Origin: Macrostomum lignano
Taxonomy: Eukaryota
Length of the DNA stretch: 64,000 bases
Direction of reading: 5' to 3'
Assembly (NCBI GenBank): GCA_002269645.1
Contig: NIVC01001597.1
Span: 186,001-250,000 of the forward strand
In this document: positions 34,038-47,139 of the stretch, piece by piece
Layout: each line of letters begins with the position of its first letter
How positions within the stretch are numbered: position 1 is the first letter of the stretch
Notes under the pieces: generated by a model
What the model was told of the DNA's origin: nothing
The model's database searches: none
The model's input: the letters and a program-made list of their open reading frames with translations, nothing else
Made by a program: the position numbers and the translations under genes

Positions 34038-35834
34038 CTGTGCTAGTTTCTTGCTAACTTAGTTGCTACTATTTGCATAGCTTTAGCCACAGAGTTGAAG
34101 GATAGAATTCAGTAGCAAATAGTTAGAATTGGTCTAGATAAATAGTAGAGAGCTGGATAGATACAAAAACCACTTGTTTAAAACAATACATGAGGGATCC
34201 AACCATCCATACTTATAGTCTAGTGGATCAATTTCACCATACAGTGCTATGCCCCCATTGCACTAGAGTGTGCAAGGTCACTCTAGAAGTGCCCAAAATC
34301 GTGGCCTAATTCAATTCTATCTTTAGAAACAAGTGCAGAACCCCTGCCTAGGAGATAAGGCCATTATTCTAAACTTAGAGACTGATGCACAAGATTGTTC
34401 TGATTGTACAAGGTTGCGCTAGAAAAGGACAGTACCAGGGCACATGATTCTACTACTGTATAAGCAGGACTAAAAGTACAGCCTGAATGCGCTGTACTTT
34501 GGACTAAACAAATGCAGTCACATGGAAAAAAAGGAAGAGAGGTAGCCAGACAGCCAATAAACCAAGAGCAGGCTAAGCAGTGAAGCTTAGACATTGAAAA
34601 CAAGAATGCACTGAAAAAAGAAGAGCAAGGGAGGGAATGCAGGTAGCCAAAAAGGGAAAAAAGGAAGAGGAGAAAGGGAGAAGGAGACAGGGAGAACAGG
34701 AGAAAGGAAGAGCTGTGACCAGTGGCAATCAACAGCTCAAAGGGCACAGAAGACTGCTGACCAAAGTGGGGCACCTAACAGTAAACTAGTGCTCACTTCA
34801 TAATGATAAAATGAAGGCAGAAATTTGGCTGAGTTGCTAATGATTTAAGTTTGGTTTAAGGTGGGACCTCTATAAAATGTGACAAAGTTAATATGATCTT
34901 TATTTTATATAGACTATTGCCATATTAGTATGCATGTTAAGCATTAATCCAATGCTAATGATAATATTGTTACTAACCTTAATAATATGTTATAGATAGC
35001 AGAAGTCTAGCAATACCAATTAGTTGCACATGTCCAGAGAATGCAATCTAAGACTAGTAGCTCATACTAAGGTTGATACCAAGCCTATAGGAGAATTAAC
35101 ACTCAGTGTGTGTGGGTAAGGGGGCATTTGGCAACTCTAAACAAGAAACCAATTTGAATCAGACACACTTCTAAAAATAGATAAACAAAGTTGTAACTTG
35201 TAACCCAATAGAAAAGCATTAAATAAAAAAATAGAAAAACATAAGAGCAAAATAATCTATATAACTAAACCTGAAAACAATGCCTCAATTAAATTAGAAA
35301 CTTGTAATAATATTTGACCTAACTAAATAGAAAAAAATATAAGAAAATCCCCAATTTTGAACATTAGATTTGAACATAGGGTTAAGTAGACCTACTTAAA
35401 TTTTGAATATCAAATATTTATGAGGACTCTAATACCTTATCTATGTCATACAAAAATATTTACTCATAATGCATTTAATATTGATCGTTTAAAAAGTTAT
35501 AAAAACCTATAATTGTATACCAAGGTAACTATTGTGGCATCAATGTTTACACAATACTATAAATGGGACTTGCATATTTGATTCTCATTATATCATTACT
35601 ATTCTTAAAATTAAATTGCAATGCTACCAGTTACTTTGGGAATAATTTTTTTCTTGGGATCGGGATTTGGGAATTGGGATCAGATCTTTTAGTGTATTGT
35701 AGCTTGTAGGTCCATATAAAGTTAAACAAAATTGAGCTAAAATGTCAAGATCAAAAAGTAGAATACAAAAAAATTGATGCAAAGTTTTGTAACCAACAAA
35801 TTAATAATGTAATGAGTACAAGGTAAAACAAAAT

Positions 35835-36285
35835 GGCAGTTGTTATTAGTCTGGTGACCGGACGAATAGCGATGTGGTTATTTTTCCGGTTATTGGATAA
35901 TGGCCATGCTTTCGTATTTATCCGGTTAATACCAGACAAATAGGCATTTTGATATTTGTCCAGTTAAATTGATAATGCTAAAATATCTATTTTATATAAA
36001 CTACAAGGGTGAGTATTCCTAGACTTCAAAGAGACTTCTTACTCGTATCTTGATTATTATTTTGTTATACTAAGTATGTGTCTTATACACCAAATAATGC
36101 TGAATTGAATGAATATACTGTTTTGCTTATACTAGTATACAACAAAATATTAATCAGTATACGAGAAAAGGTTTTAAAAAATCTAGAATATTCATCACAA
36201 AACAAATAGATACTTGTGTTAGCAATTTAACCGGACAAATAGCAGAATGGCTAATTGTCCAGTCACCGGACAAACAACAACTGCT
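35835..36285. mobile_element. Mutator-like (MULE) MITE, 451 bp, 9-bp TSD
   Basis: TIRs gcagttgttattagtctggtgaccggac / gtccagtcaccggacaaacaacaactgc. AAACAAAAT occurs at 35826-35834 and 36286-36294. Confidence 0.72.
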
Positions 36286-37965
36286 AAACAAAATACATTC
36301 AAGTAATCACTAATTCTATAAATTTTTAATCAAAACACCTGTTCCTGTTTCTCGTGTTTCTTAGGGTTGGGATTCTAGTCCTGCAGGAATCCAATTTTCC
36401 TCGGGATCCCGAGATTTTGGGATTGGGATCGGGATCCCATCTGACCTCTAATGTAGGGCCTATGATATGATCATATTTATATTTGATATATATATCAAGT
36501 TATTAACAAGCTCAATAATTCGATGTTATAATTATGTTACAATGATGTTATAATTGTTTATCCTTATTATCATCATTGTACATATTTAACAAATATTAGC
36601 ATTGATAGATAGAAGTGAAAGCTGCATGATCTAGAGTCACAAAAATCTCGAAAATGTGATATTGTCTGACTCCTAGTATAGGGCTTACACTAGGCCTGTT
36701 ATCCTTGTAAAATATTAAATAAATAGGTTCTAGATGTATATTTTATTAAACTTAGGCTCTAGATGTATATTTTATTAAACTTTAATTTCGTATTATCCAT
36801 TGTCAATAGACCATGAACTTGTAGGCCTTATTTTAATCCCAATTGCAGCATACAGGGATACAGCATCAGCCACAGGCATTTACATAATTGTGTGTAGGCC
36901 TAGTCAATACTTGTTAGACTCTGAAAAACATGCTGATGTAGTGATGTTGAATGGTTCAAGTTCAAGCCAAGGACGACTTAAGTAGAAGGACAGGAAACCT
37001 CGTTTCTTAGAAAATTTTTGAAGGCACTTTTTCCCGAAAAAATACACTACGGAGATAGGAAATTTTCATTTTTTCAGCACAAAAATTGCTATTACTTTTG
37101 ATAGGAGGCAGATCCAGTGCTCATCTTTTGATATGTTGTGCCTTTTTATTGCTCTATCGATATTTATAAAGCTTTTCGTTCAGAAAATTAGGATTATATG
37201 TCAATTTTTTATTCTACGTACATTTCCTGTATCTGAAAATTACAAAAATGCATGACACAGCTCCAATATTTGCTTTTATGAACCTGTTTTATCATCTCTG
37301 TTACGAATATTAGCTAAACAGTCAGTTAAGAATGATAAAATCCTATATACTAAAAATGTGATGTCTATATATATATATGTGATAGATTAGAGAAAAAATG
37401 GCTGGACCGATTTTGTTCGAACTTGCACTGTTCGATCAGAAATTTTCCCGTGACGGTACATGCATCGTGGCTAAGAAATTGCTCGATGCTAAAGGCATTA
37501 AATATTCGAAAAACATGCTTTTTTGCAAAGGTCAAGCAAACTTTTTGACTTGAAATGCATTGTAAGAATGCTAGAGAAAAAACTGACTGGTTGAATTCTG
37601 ACTCTGAAATAGATTGCATCATAACTGAATTGTAACTCCGACTTGAATTGAAAATGCAGTGTGGAAGCGTAGCACCAGACTTGATTTAAATTGCGTAACC
37701 ATATTGTTAACTGATACTGACTGACTGAGAAACTAATTATGTCATAACTGCTTCGTGTGATTTACTCTATGCTTGGATTTAAAAGTGTTGAGTTATATAA
37801 GTGCAAAAGTTGATGTTATCAAAACGATGAGAGCTAGCCTAAAGGTGAACAAACTGAACTGCTAAATGCAGTGACGATGGTTTGAATTTTCGATGGTTTG
37901 AATTTGAGTATAATTTTTTTAATTAAAGCTTTTCAATGTCAGGAAAACTAAAAGACTTTTTAAAA

Positions 37966-40900
37966 AGAAGCGTCATATAAAAATCGTAGAAGCGTCATGT
38001 AAACAATCATAAAAGCGTCATGTAAAAAATCGTAGAAGCGTCATGTAAAAAATCTTAGAAGCGTCATGTAAACAATCATAGAAGCGTCATGTAAACAATC
38101 ATAGAAGCGTCATGTAAAAAATCGTAGAAGCGTCATGTAAAAAATCTTAGAAGCGTCATGTTAACAATCATAGAAGCGTCATGTAAACAATCATAGAAGC
38201 GTCATGTAAACAATCATAGAAGCGTCATGTAAAAAATCATAGAAGCGTCATATAAAAATCGTAGAAGCGTCATGTAAACAATCATAGAAGCGTCATGTAA
38301 AAAATCATAGAAGCGTCATGTAAAAATCGTAGAAGCGTCATGTAAACAATCATAGAAGCGTCATGTAAAAAATCATAGAAGCGTCATGTAAAAAATCATA
38401 GAAGCGTCATATAAAAATCGTAGAAGCGTCATGTAAACAATCATAAAAGCGTCATGTAAAAAATCGTAGAAGCGTCATGTAAAAAATCTTAGAAGCGTCA
38501 TGTAAACAATCATAGAAGCGTCATGTAAACAATCATAGAAGCGTCATGTAAAAAATCGTAGAAGCGTCATGTAAAAAATCTTAGAAGCGTCATGTTAACA
38601 ATCATAGAAGCGTCATGTGAACAATCATAGAAGCGTCATGTAAACAATCATAGAAGCGTCATGTAAAAAATCATAGAAGCGTCATATAAAAATCGTAGAA
38701 GCGTCATGTAAACAATCATAGAAGCGTCATGTAAAAAATCATAGAAGCGTCATGTAAAAATCGTAGAAGCGTCATGTAAACAATCATAGAAGCGTCATGT
38801 AAAAAATCATAGAAGCGTCATGTAAAAAATCATAGAAGCGTCATATAAAAATCGTAGAAGCGTCATGTAAACAATCATAAAAGCGTCATGTAAAAAATCG
38901 TAGAAGCGTCATGTAAAAAATCTTAGAAGCGTCATGTAAACAATCATAGAAGCGTCATGTAAACAATCATAGAAGCGTCATGTAAAAAATCGTAGAAGCG
39001 TCATGTAAAAAATCTTAGAAGCGTCATGTTAACAATCATAGAAGCGTCATGTAAACAATCATAGAAGCGTCATGTAAACAATCATAGAAGCGTCATGTAA
39101 AAAATCATAGAAGCGTCATATAAAAATCGTAGAAGCGTCATGTAAACAATCATAGAAGCGTCATGTAAAAAATCATAGAAGCGTCATGTAAACAATCATA
39201 GAAGCGTCATGTAAACAATCATAGAAGCGTCATGTTAACAATCATAGAAGCGTCATGTAAACAATCATAGAAGCGTCATGTAAAAAATCATAGAAGCGTC
39301 ATGTAAAAAATCATAGAAGCGTCATACAAAAATCGTAGAAGCGTCATGTAAACAATCATAAAAGCGTCACGTAAAAAATCGTAGAAGCGTCATGTAAAAA
39401 ATCTTAGAAGCGTCATGTAAACAATCATAGAAGCGTCATGTAAACAATCATAGAAGCGTCATGTAAACAATCATAGAAGCGCCATGTAAAAAATCATAGA
39501 AGCGTCATGTAAACAATCATAGAAACGTCATGTAAAAAATCATAGAAGCGTCATGTAAAAAATCATAGAAGCGTCATATAAAAATCGTAGAAGCGTCATG
39601 TAAACAATCATAAAAGCGTCATGTAAAAAATCTTAGAAGCGTCATGTAAACAATCATAGAAGCGTCATGTAAACAATCATAGAAGCGTCATGTAAACAAT
39701 CACAGAAGCGTCATATAAAAATCGTAGAAGCGTCATGTAAACAATCATAGAAGCGTCATTTAAAAAATCATAGAAGCGTCATGTAAACAATCATAGAAGC
39801 GTCATGTAAACAATCATAGAAGCGTCATGTAAACAATCATAGAAGCGTCATGTAAAAAATCATAGAAGCGTCATGTAAAAAATCATAGAAGCGTCATACA
39901 AAAATCGTAGAAGCGTCATGTAAACAATCATAAAAGCGTCACGTAAAAAATCGTAGAAGCGTCATGTAAACAATCATTGAAGCGTCATATAAAAATCGTA
40001 GAAGCGTCATGTAAAAAATCTTAGAAGCGTCATGTAAACAATCATAGAAGCGTCATATAAAAATCGTAGAAGCGTCATGTAAACAATCATAGAAGCGTCA
40101 TGTAAAAAATCATAGAAGCGTCATGTAAACAATCATAGAAGCGTCATGTAAACAATCATAGAAGCGTCATGTAAACAATCATAGAAGCGTCATGTAAAAA
40201 ATCATAGAAGCGTCATGTAAAAAATCATAGAAGCGTCATATAAAAATCGTAGAAGCGTCATGTAAACAATCATAAAAGCGTCATGTAAAAAATCGTAGAA
40301 GCGTCATGTAAAAAATCGTAGAAGCGTCATGTAAACAATCATAGAAGCGTCATGTAAACAATCATAGAAGCGTCATGTAAACAATCGTAGAAGCGTCATG
40401 TAAAAAATCGTAGAAGTGTCATGTAAAAAATCTTAGAAGCGTCATGTAAAAAATCATAAAAGCGTCATGTAAACGATCATAGAAGCGTCATGTAAAAAAT
40501 CTTAGAAGCGTCATGTAAACAATCATAGAAGCGTCATGTAAACAATCATAGAAGCGCCATGTAAAAAATCATAGAAGCGTCATGTAAACAATCATAGAAG
40601 CGTCATGTAAAAAATCATAGAAGCGTCATGTAAACAATCATAGAAGCGTCATGTAAAAAATCGTAGAAGCGTCATGTAAACAATCATAGAAGCGTCATGT
40701 AAACAATCATAGAAGCGTCATCTAAACAATCATAGAAGCGTCATGTAAAAAATCATAGAAGCGTCATGTAAACAATCATAGAAGCGTCATGTAAAAAATC
40801 ATAGAAGCGTCATGTAAACAATCATAGAAGCGTCATTTAAAAAATCGTAGAGGCGTCATGTAAACAATCATAAAAGCGTCATGTAAACAATCATAGAAGC

Positions 40901-41985
40901 GTCATGTAAACAATCATAGAAGCGTCATGTAAAAATCGTAGAAGCGTCATGTAAACAATCATAGAAGCGTCATGTAAAAAATCATAGAAGCGTCATGTAA
41001 AAAATCTTAGAAGCGTCATGTAAACAATCATAGAAGCGTCATGTAAACAATCATAGAAGCGTCATATAAAAATCGTAGAAGCGTCATGTAAAAATCATAG
41101 AAGCGTCATATAAAAATCGTAGAAGCGTCATGTAAACAATCATAGAAGCGTCATGTAAAAATCGTAGAAGCGTCATGTAAACAATCATAGAAGCGTCATG
41201 TAAAAAATCATAGAAGCGTCATGTAAAAAATCATAGAAGCGTCATATAAAAATCGTAGAAGCGTCATGTAAACAATCATAAAAGCGTCATGTAAAAAATC
41301 GTAGAAGCGTCATGTAAAAAATCTTAGAAGCGTCATGTAAAAAATCATAGAAGCGTCATGTAAACAATCATAGAAGCGTCATGTAAACAATCATAGAAGC
41401 GTCATGTAAAAAATCGTAGAAGCGTCATGTAAAAAATCTTAGAAGCGTCATGTTAACAATCATAGAAGCGTCATGTAAACAATCATAGAAGCGTCATGTA
41501 AACAATCATAGAAGCGTCATGTAAAAAATCATAGAAGCGTCATATAAAAATCGTAGAAGCGTCATGTAAACAATCATAGAAGCGTCATGTAAACAATCAT
41601 AGAAGCGTCATGTAAACAATCATAGAAGCGTCATGTAAACAATCATAGAAGCGTCATGTAAACAATCATAGAAGCGTCATGTAAACAATCATAGAAGCGT
41701 CATGTAAAAAATCATAGAAGCGCCATGTAAAAAATCATAGAAGCGTCATGTAAACAATCATAGAAGCGTCATGTAAAAAATCATAGAAGCGTCATGTAAA
41801 AAATCATAGAAGCGTCATATAAAAATCGTAGAAGCGTCATGTAAACAATCATAAAAGCGTCATGTAAAAAATCTTAGAAGCGTCATGTAAACAATCATAG
41901 AAGCGTCATGTAAACAATCATAGAAGCGTCATGTAAAAATCATAGAAGCGTCAAGAAAAAATCATAGAAGCCTCATTTAAAAACT
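37966..41985. repeat. Satellite, 22-23-bp unit TAGAAGCGTCATGTAAA(C/A)AATCA, ~175 copies, with 434-bp higher-order repeat at the left end
   Basis: Continuous array. The rare variant cataaaagcg recurs at 38008, 38442 and 38876. Confidence 0.97.
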
Positions 41986-42059
41986 AATGAAAGTGTCATT
42001 TAAAAAAATTAAGAAGCGTCACGGTAGAATAAAAGAAACGTCATGTCAGACATGAAGGG

Positions 42060-43162
42060 TTCATGTAAAAATTAAATGCAACTATAATGCTGTGCTGGGG
42101 AGAAAAACTGAGACGTCAAGGCTCTCAGAGAATAACTGAGATTACGGGGGGGGGGTTTCTGAGATGTCAAAGCAAAAGTCAGAAGCTACTTCAAAGTTCA
42201 TGTACTTTACTCCATTTTTTTATTGCATTCTTTGTTGGCTCGTCACGGGGGGGTGCTGATAGAAGAAAAGTCATGTAAAAAATAAAAGTAGCACTATGTA
42301 TACATAAAAGAAAAGTCATGTCGAAGTTAAAAGATTCATTTGGGAATTGCTACGATGTCAAAGCTTGGTGGAAATCGTTATAGTGCTATGATTCTTAAAG
42401 AAAGAATCACTAAAATGTTAAGGCTTAGGGGAGAAGAATTGCTGAGATTTCAAGGCTTTAGGTTGGGTTAAAGTTAGGTTTAGGTCAGGCGTGGGTTGAG
42501 GGTTATATTTTATCGGGTTTCAAGGTTAACAGGGGATTTTTTAGATTTCAAGGTTTATGGGGGCCATTGCTGACATGTCAAGGCTTACGGGGGGAATAGC
42601 TGAGATGTCAAGGCTCACGGGGGTATAAATGAGATTTCAAGGCTAAAGTCAGAAGCTACATGTAGTTTATTGAAAACTTTTTATTACATTATTTGATGCC
42701 TCCTCAGGGGAGGGATCGCTGATAAAAAAGCGTAATGTAAAAAATAAAAGAAGCTTCATGTCGAAGTTAAGAGATTCATTTGGGAATCCCTACGATGTTG
42801 AGGCTTGCAAGGAATCGCTATAATGCTGTAGTAGTGCTATAATGACTCTTAGGGAGAATTACTGAAATTTCAATGCTTTAGGGTTAGGTTAGGGTTAGGG
42901 TTAGGGTTAGGGTTAGGGTTAGGCTAGGGTTAGGGTTAGAAGGTTGACAGATATTTTTAGATTTCCAAGGCTTATTGGGGGCATTGCTGAGATGTCAAGG
43001 GGGGAAGTTGATATGTTAAAGCTTGTGGGGGGGGATAACTGACATGTCAAGGCTTACAAGGTTTGACAGGAGATTTTTTAAGATTTCAAGGATACATGTA
43101 GCTTATTAAAAAAACGTGTATTGCATTTCTTTGGCTCCCCAACGGGGGGCGTAGATTGCTAG
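42060..43162 (+). mobile_element. Helitron-like remnant with GATGTCAAGGCTTA subrepeats, internal TTAGGG tract and hairpin-CTAG end
   Basis: Ends ggctccccaacggggggcgtagattgCTAGt. Homologous in reverse to 22963-23345. The 5' boundary is uncertain. Confidence 0.6.
42878..42939 (+). repeat. Interstitial telomeric repeat (TTAGGG)~9
   Basis: ttagggttaggttagggttagggttagggttagggttagggttaggctagggttagggttag. Confidence 0.9.
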
Positions 43163-45794
43163 TAGACTTCTAAAACCAAAGAGCCGAGCCGTGGCATTCT
43201 AATGTATTTCAATCACAAGACACGTGAAAATATACGGAGAATAAAAAATTTACATAGAATCCTAATTTTCTGAACTAAAAGCTTTATTAATATCGATAGA
43301 GCAAATTTAAAGGCACAACATATCAAAAGATGAGCACTGGATCTGCCTCCTATCAAAAGTAATAGCAATTTTTGTGCTGAAAAATGAAAATTTCCTATCT
43401 CCGTAGTGTATTTTTTCGGGAAAAAGTGCCTTCAAAAATTTTCTAAGAAACGAGGTTTCCCGTCCTTCTACTTAAGTCGTCCTTGGTTCAAGCATGCATA
43501 TCCCGCAAAAAATAGCTAGGCTGCCCATACCCAGTAGGTCCCGCTATGGCCTCAGGCTACATTATCACCAAATGTAGCCGATTTTATCCACAAAAAACGA
43601 ACCGGCACAAAACTGAAACTGCGTGGCACAAACTCCCAATAGCAACATCTGTAAAGTGTATATTATTTCTCGAGTGGCACATTTGCTTTGTTTTTTTCTA
43701 TTGCTGGAGCTATTGCTGGGGACCGCGGAGTAGATCTTCAGTACTTTGTCGGTTCTGTTCCGAAATTTAAATTATTCCATTCCGGATTTTCTCTAAATAG
43801 CAAGAGTATAAACAAAGTAAAAACTCTTGTGCTACAATTGCGCACAAAAACAAAAATAAAAAAGCGTTTTCATTGCAACAAATATATTCTTATACTTTTT
43901 CATGAATAATTTTACATTTCTTTGTATTTTTTGTATCAGTCACTTTAGCGTGCATATGGAATTATGGAATTATGCACGAATATGAATTTCAAAAGCACAT
44001 GCTTTTGTAAAAAGTCCTGTTGAAAAGACACTAGGGCAAATAAGGTTTCCTTACACGCCTCTTTTCAATATAAATTTATATCATATAAATTTTATTTTAA
44101 TTATATTAAATAAGAATATAATATTTTTTATTTATTGCTTTCTTTGAAAATCTAACTTCATAAGAAAAAATATAAGCATAAAAGTCGACATGCTTAAATG
44201 TATTTTGCTGAGCCAAACTGTCACTCTATAATGATGGTATTAAATATTTGAATACGCGTAGATGAACTTTGTTTGTTTTAGTTTTTACTCTTATTAGACT
44301 ACTACTAGTGTGGCGGCCTCGATAATAAGCGAAGGCGATTGAATGCGGCAGAGGCAAATTTGTAGCGGTAGCACTTGGCCGTAATATCAGTTAAAGTTAA
44401 TGTTAATGCAATCAATGGCTGCAGACTTGGTTTATTGTCATCAACAAAAATACAAGTTGGATTCGTAACAATGCACTGGCGGCTACACAACAACGAGTCA
44501 GATAGCTAGGTAGTAGAAGTGGCGTGGCTGAGAGTGGCAGAGGCGTGGCCTAAGGCCGTGGCGAAGTGAGGCAGTGAAATACTTATAGTGTGGGTTTGGC
44601 TCTCTGTCGGATCTGTGTCCGAGTATTCTAAGTTGAGGCAATAAGCGGCAAGTCCGACTGTGCATGTTTTCCTGTGTGGTGTTAAACCTTCTCTTCCGGC
44701 CGGTGTTATATTTCAGTTCTAAATCACTGGTGATGTTCACGCAAAAATGCGAAGGATGTAAGCGTCCTAAATACGAAGTATGAAGCACAGTCAAGAACAG
44801 AATGTATAACGATACTTATCGGTACTTTCGGCTGATCGGGTATCCGAGGCTAATGCACTGTAGATTTAGTTGACTTTATTTCTTCTAAAGTCAACTTTAA
44901 GTCAACTTTTGTAAAGATGTCAAAGATATAGATATCTTTGGTTACTATGCTATAGTGAGTCGGAAGTAGAAGAAAAGGACAATGGGTGCGAGATTGCGAG
45001 GTTCCGAGGGTCCAAGGACTGCTTCGTACTTTCGTGCATTAAAATACAGCGCGATGTTAGGCTGCTATATTGGTAGCCTGCGTTTAGCGAATCAGCAGAT
45101 GGAAGTGCATAGATGGAGTTTTGTACTAAACGCATACGGTGGAAATGGCTACATTTCAGCAGGAAGAGAAGGCAATCAAACAAGAGCGCCGGGCGGCAAG
45201 GGTCTATACAACAAGTCTACACGGGCTCGCAAGGGAGCAAAGGTTCCAAACGGGTCGCCAGAGTCTAAACGGTGTCTAAACCCCGAGCGCACGGCCAGAC
45301 AGAACTGATAAGGAGCGGGCTGGGGGTGGGCGCGCGAGGAGAAATTAGTAATTAATGCGCGGCTTTTCTATTGGCCGGCTGAGAAAAACAGAAACAGAAA
45401 TTATCGATCGCGCGCTGTACGCAGGTTTTAAAAATGTACCCAGCTGATTAAAATTCTTTGGGCACTACTTTAAGCAGACGTGAGAAAACGGAACTAGTAA
45501 TATTAAAGATTGGTACCGTATGTCAAAACGGCCCTTGGCGGAGCTACTTAAACTGACAACGTCACGCTAAAAATATAATTTTACCTGGAACTACTATGTG
45601 GAGTATAACCAAGGACTACTAGACTTGTCTTGTCATTATTTTAAACGTTTTTTCAAGTGACAGACCAATTAATTTAACATGAAAATCGATTAATGCGTCG
45701 TTAGAGCAGCATGTGAGGCACAAAATATAGTGTGATTAGAACTTTCTCTGACACTGTTAAGAGACCCAATCACTGTTTTAGTGTTGAAAATCGT

Positions 45795-46032
45795 GAAATT
45801 TCCTATCTCCGTAGTGTATTTTTCCGGTGAAACCTGCCTTTAAAAAACTATTTCTGAACGAAAAGCTTTATATTGAATAAATATCGATAGAGCAATAAGA
45901 AAGGCACAACATATCAAAAGATGAACACTGGATCTGCCTCCTATCAAAAGCAATAACAATTTTTGTGCTGAAAAAAATAAAAGCCTCCAATCTAGCTGTA
46001 GTGTATTTTTCGGCGAAAAGTTGCCTTCAAAA
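45795..46032. repeat. Third, rearranged copy of the TIR sequence of the 36968-43485 element
   Basis: aaatttcctatctccgtagtgtattttt and gcacaacatatcaaaagatgaacactggatctgcctcctatcaaaag match 43260-43430. Confidence 0.8.
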
Positions 46033-46034
46033 CA

Positions 46035-46560
46035 TACCATAGATCCTGGCGCTGCAGCTTAGCCCGATCGTACAGGGCCTCGGTCCCGACGCTCTCGTCA
46101 GCTCGAAAGGCCGCACGGAGCAGCCCTGAGTGCGCCGAGAGTCCAGCTGCCGCTCTAGCGTAGCCGTCAGTGTCCACGTCTCGGCGTTGTAGAGCAGAAC
46201 GGTTTCGACCACCGCCTGCCACATCCGAGCCCTCTGGCGGTCGGGCAGCGCTTCGGACTGGACGTCGGCCCGGATTGAACGGAAGGCCGCCCAGGCAAGA
46301 CCTCGGCGCCGCCGCACCAGGCACCAGACCGCCGAGGTAGGTGAACCGCGCTGGCAGCGTGCGAGCGCATGGTCGTCTGCCCGTCTGCGAAGCGACATGT
46401 CAGGTCCGCTGGGATGTCGGCCGGAACAGTCAGCACCTCGGTCTTCAGCGTGTTGACAACCAGTCCGACGCTCGATGCCACCTCGACCAACCTGTCGATC
46501 TGGCGCTGGGCGCCTTCAACGGACGAGGACAGGAGGGCGCGTCGTCGGCGTAGCTAAGCA
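46035..46560 (-). mobile_element. Degenerate RTE-like non-LTR retrotransposon RT fragment
   Basis: Minus strand gives LSYADD, then (frameshifted) LLSSSVEGAQRQIDRLVEVASSVGLVVNTLKTEVL, AWAAF and RARMWQAVVETVLLYNAETWTLT. Confidence 0.8.
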
Positions 46561-47139
46561 CGCTATAAGGCGCTTTTCGCACGGCGCTGAAGTGTCACCC
46601 TGCAGAACTCCTGATGAAGTGTCGAACTGATCAGGTATGTAATCGCCTCAGTGAACCGTCTTCTCATGGGGGAAGGATCAGATCGTATGACTATAAGGGA
46701 TGGCTGCCAGCCGTCTATGACCAGGCTATGACCGACAAATCGCCTTCAGGTTGTCTCGCCCATTATTGATACATGTAGCTTTTTGGTGGTGTTATTTTAG
46801 AGACCTGAGGGGTAATGATCGACCCACATGTGCCCCATCGATAGCTAAGGTGCAAATATTGGTCATCGGGTTATTGCATGACCCACGGCTGTCACCACTC
46901 TGTGTGACCTGGTGCCAGAGCCCCGCCTGGGATGGGTATCAAGGATTTGAGCAAGCAGGGAGCAGCATGCAGCTGAATAATGGGTCTCTGCTTGGGCACA
47001 AATCGGGAACTCCAGGATCATTACTGAAGGATTTTTATCAGGGGATCAGCTTTTAAGGCTGTGACGACATACGGTTCAGATTGCAAAGAGTAGTGTATAG
47101 AGAACACGTACCAGCTATACATGTACATGTATAGTTTGG

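Larger units (their letters stand above)
29427..35635. repeat. ~1-kb inverted duplication: 29427-30462 vs 34403-35635 (right arm has a ~200-bp extra segment at ~35162-35363)
   Basis: The ORF track itself shows the mirror: 30089-30607 (+) and 34364-34774 (-) give near-identical peptides. Ends: agtaactggtagcattgc / gcaatgctaccagttact. Confidence 0.92.
36968..43485. mobile_element. Large non-autonomous DNA transposon (hAT- or P-superfamily-like), 6518 bp, ~230-bp TIRs, 8-bp TSD
   Basis: 36968-37197 is the reverse complement of 43256-43485 (CAAGGACGACTTAAGTAGAAGG... / ...CCTTCTACTTAAGTCGTCCTTG). GTTCAAGC flanks both ends (36960-36967, 43486-43493). No transposase ORF inside. Confidence 0.85.

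Noticed and set aside
37966-41985. CRISPR-like array (also considered for 8525-8965, 27465-28520 and 57040-57350)
   Set aside because: Units are contiguous with no unique spacers, there are no cas genes, and the context is eukaryotic.
42878-42939. Chromosome end or fusion site
   Set aside because: Only ~9 units, single orientation, inside a dispersed element.
44950-45420. Possible promoter or first exon of the tetraspanin
   Set aside because: GC-rich with a CCAAT-like box, but no minus-strand frame resembling a tetraspanin N-terminus and no suitable donor was found.
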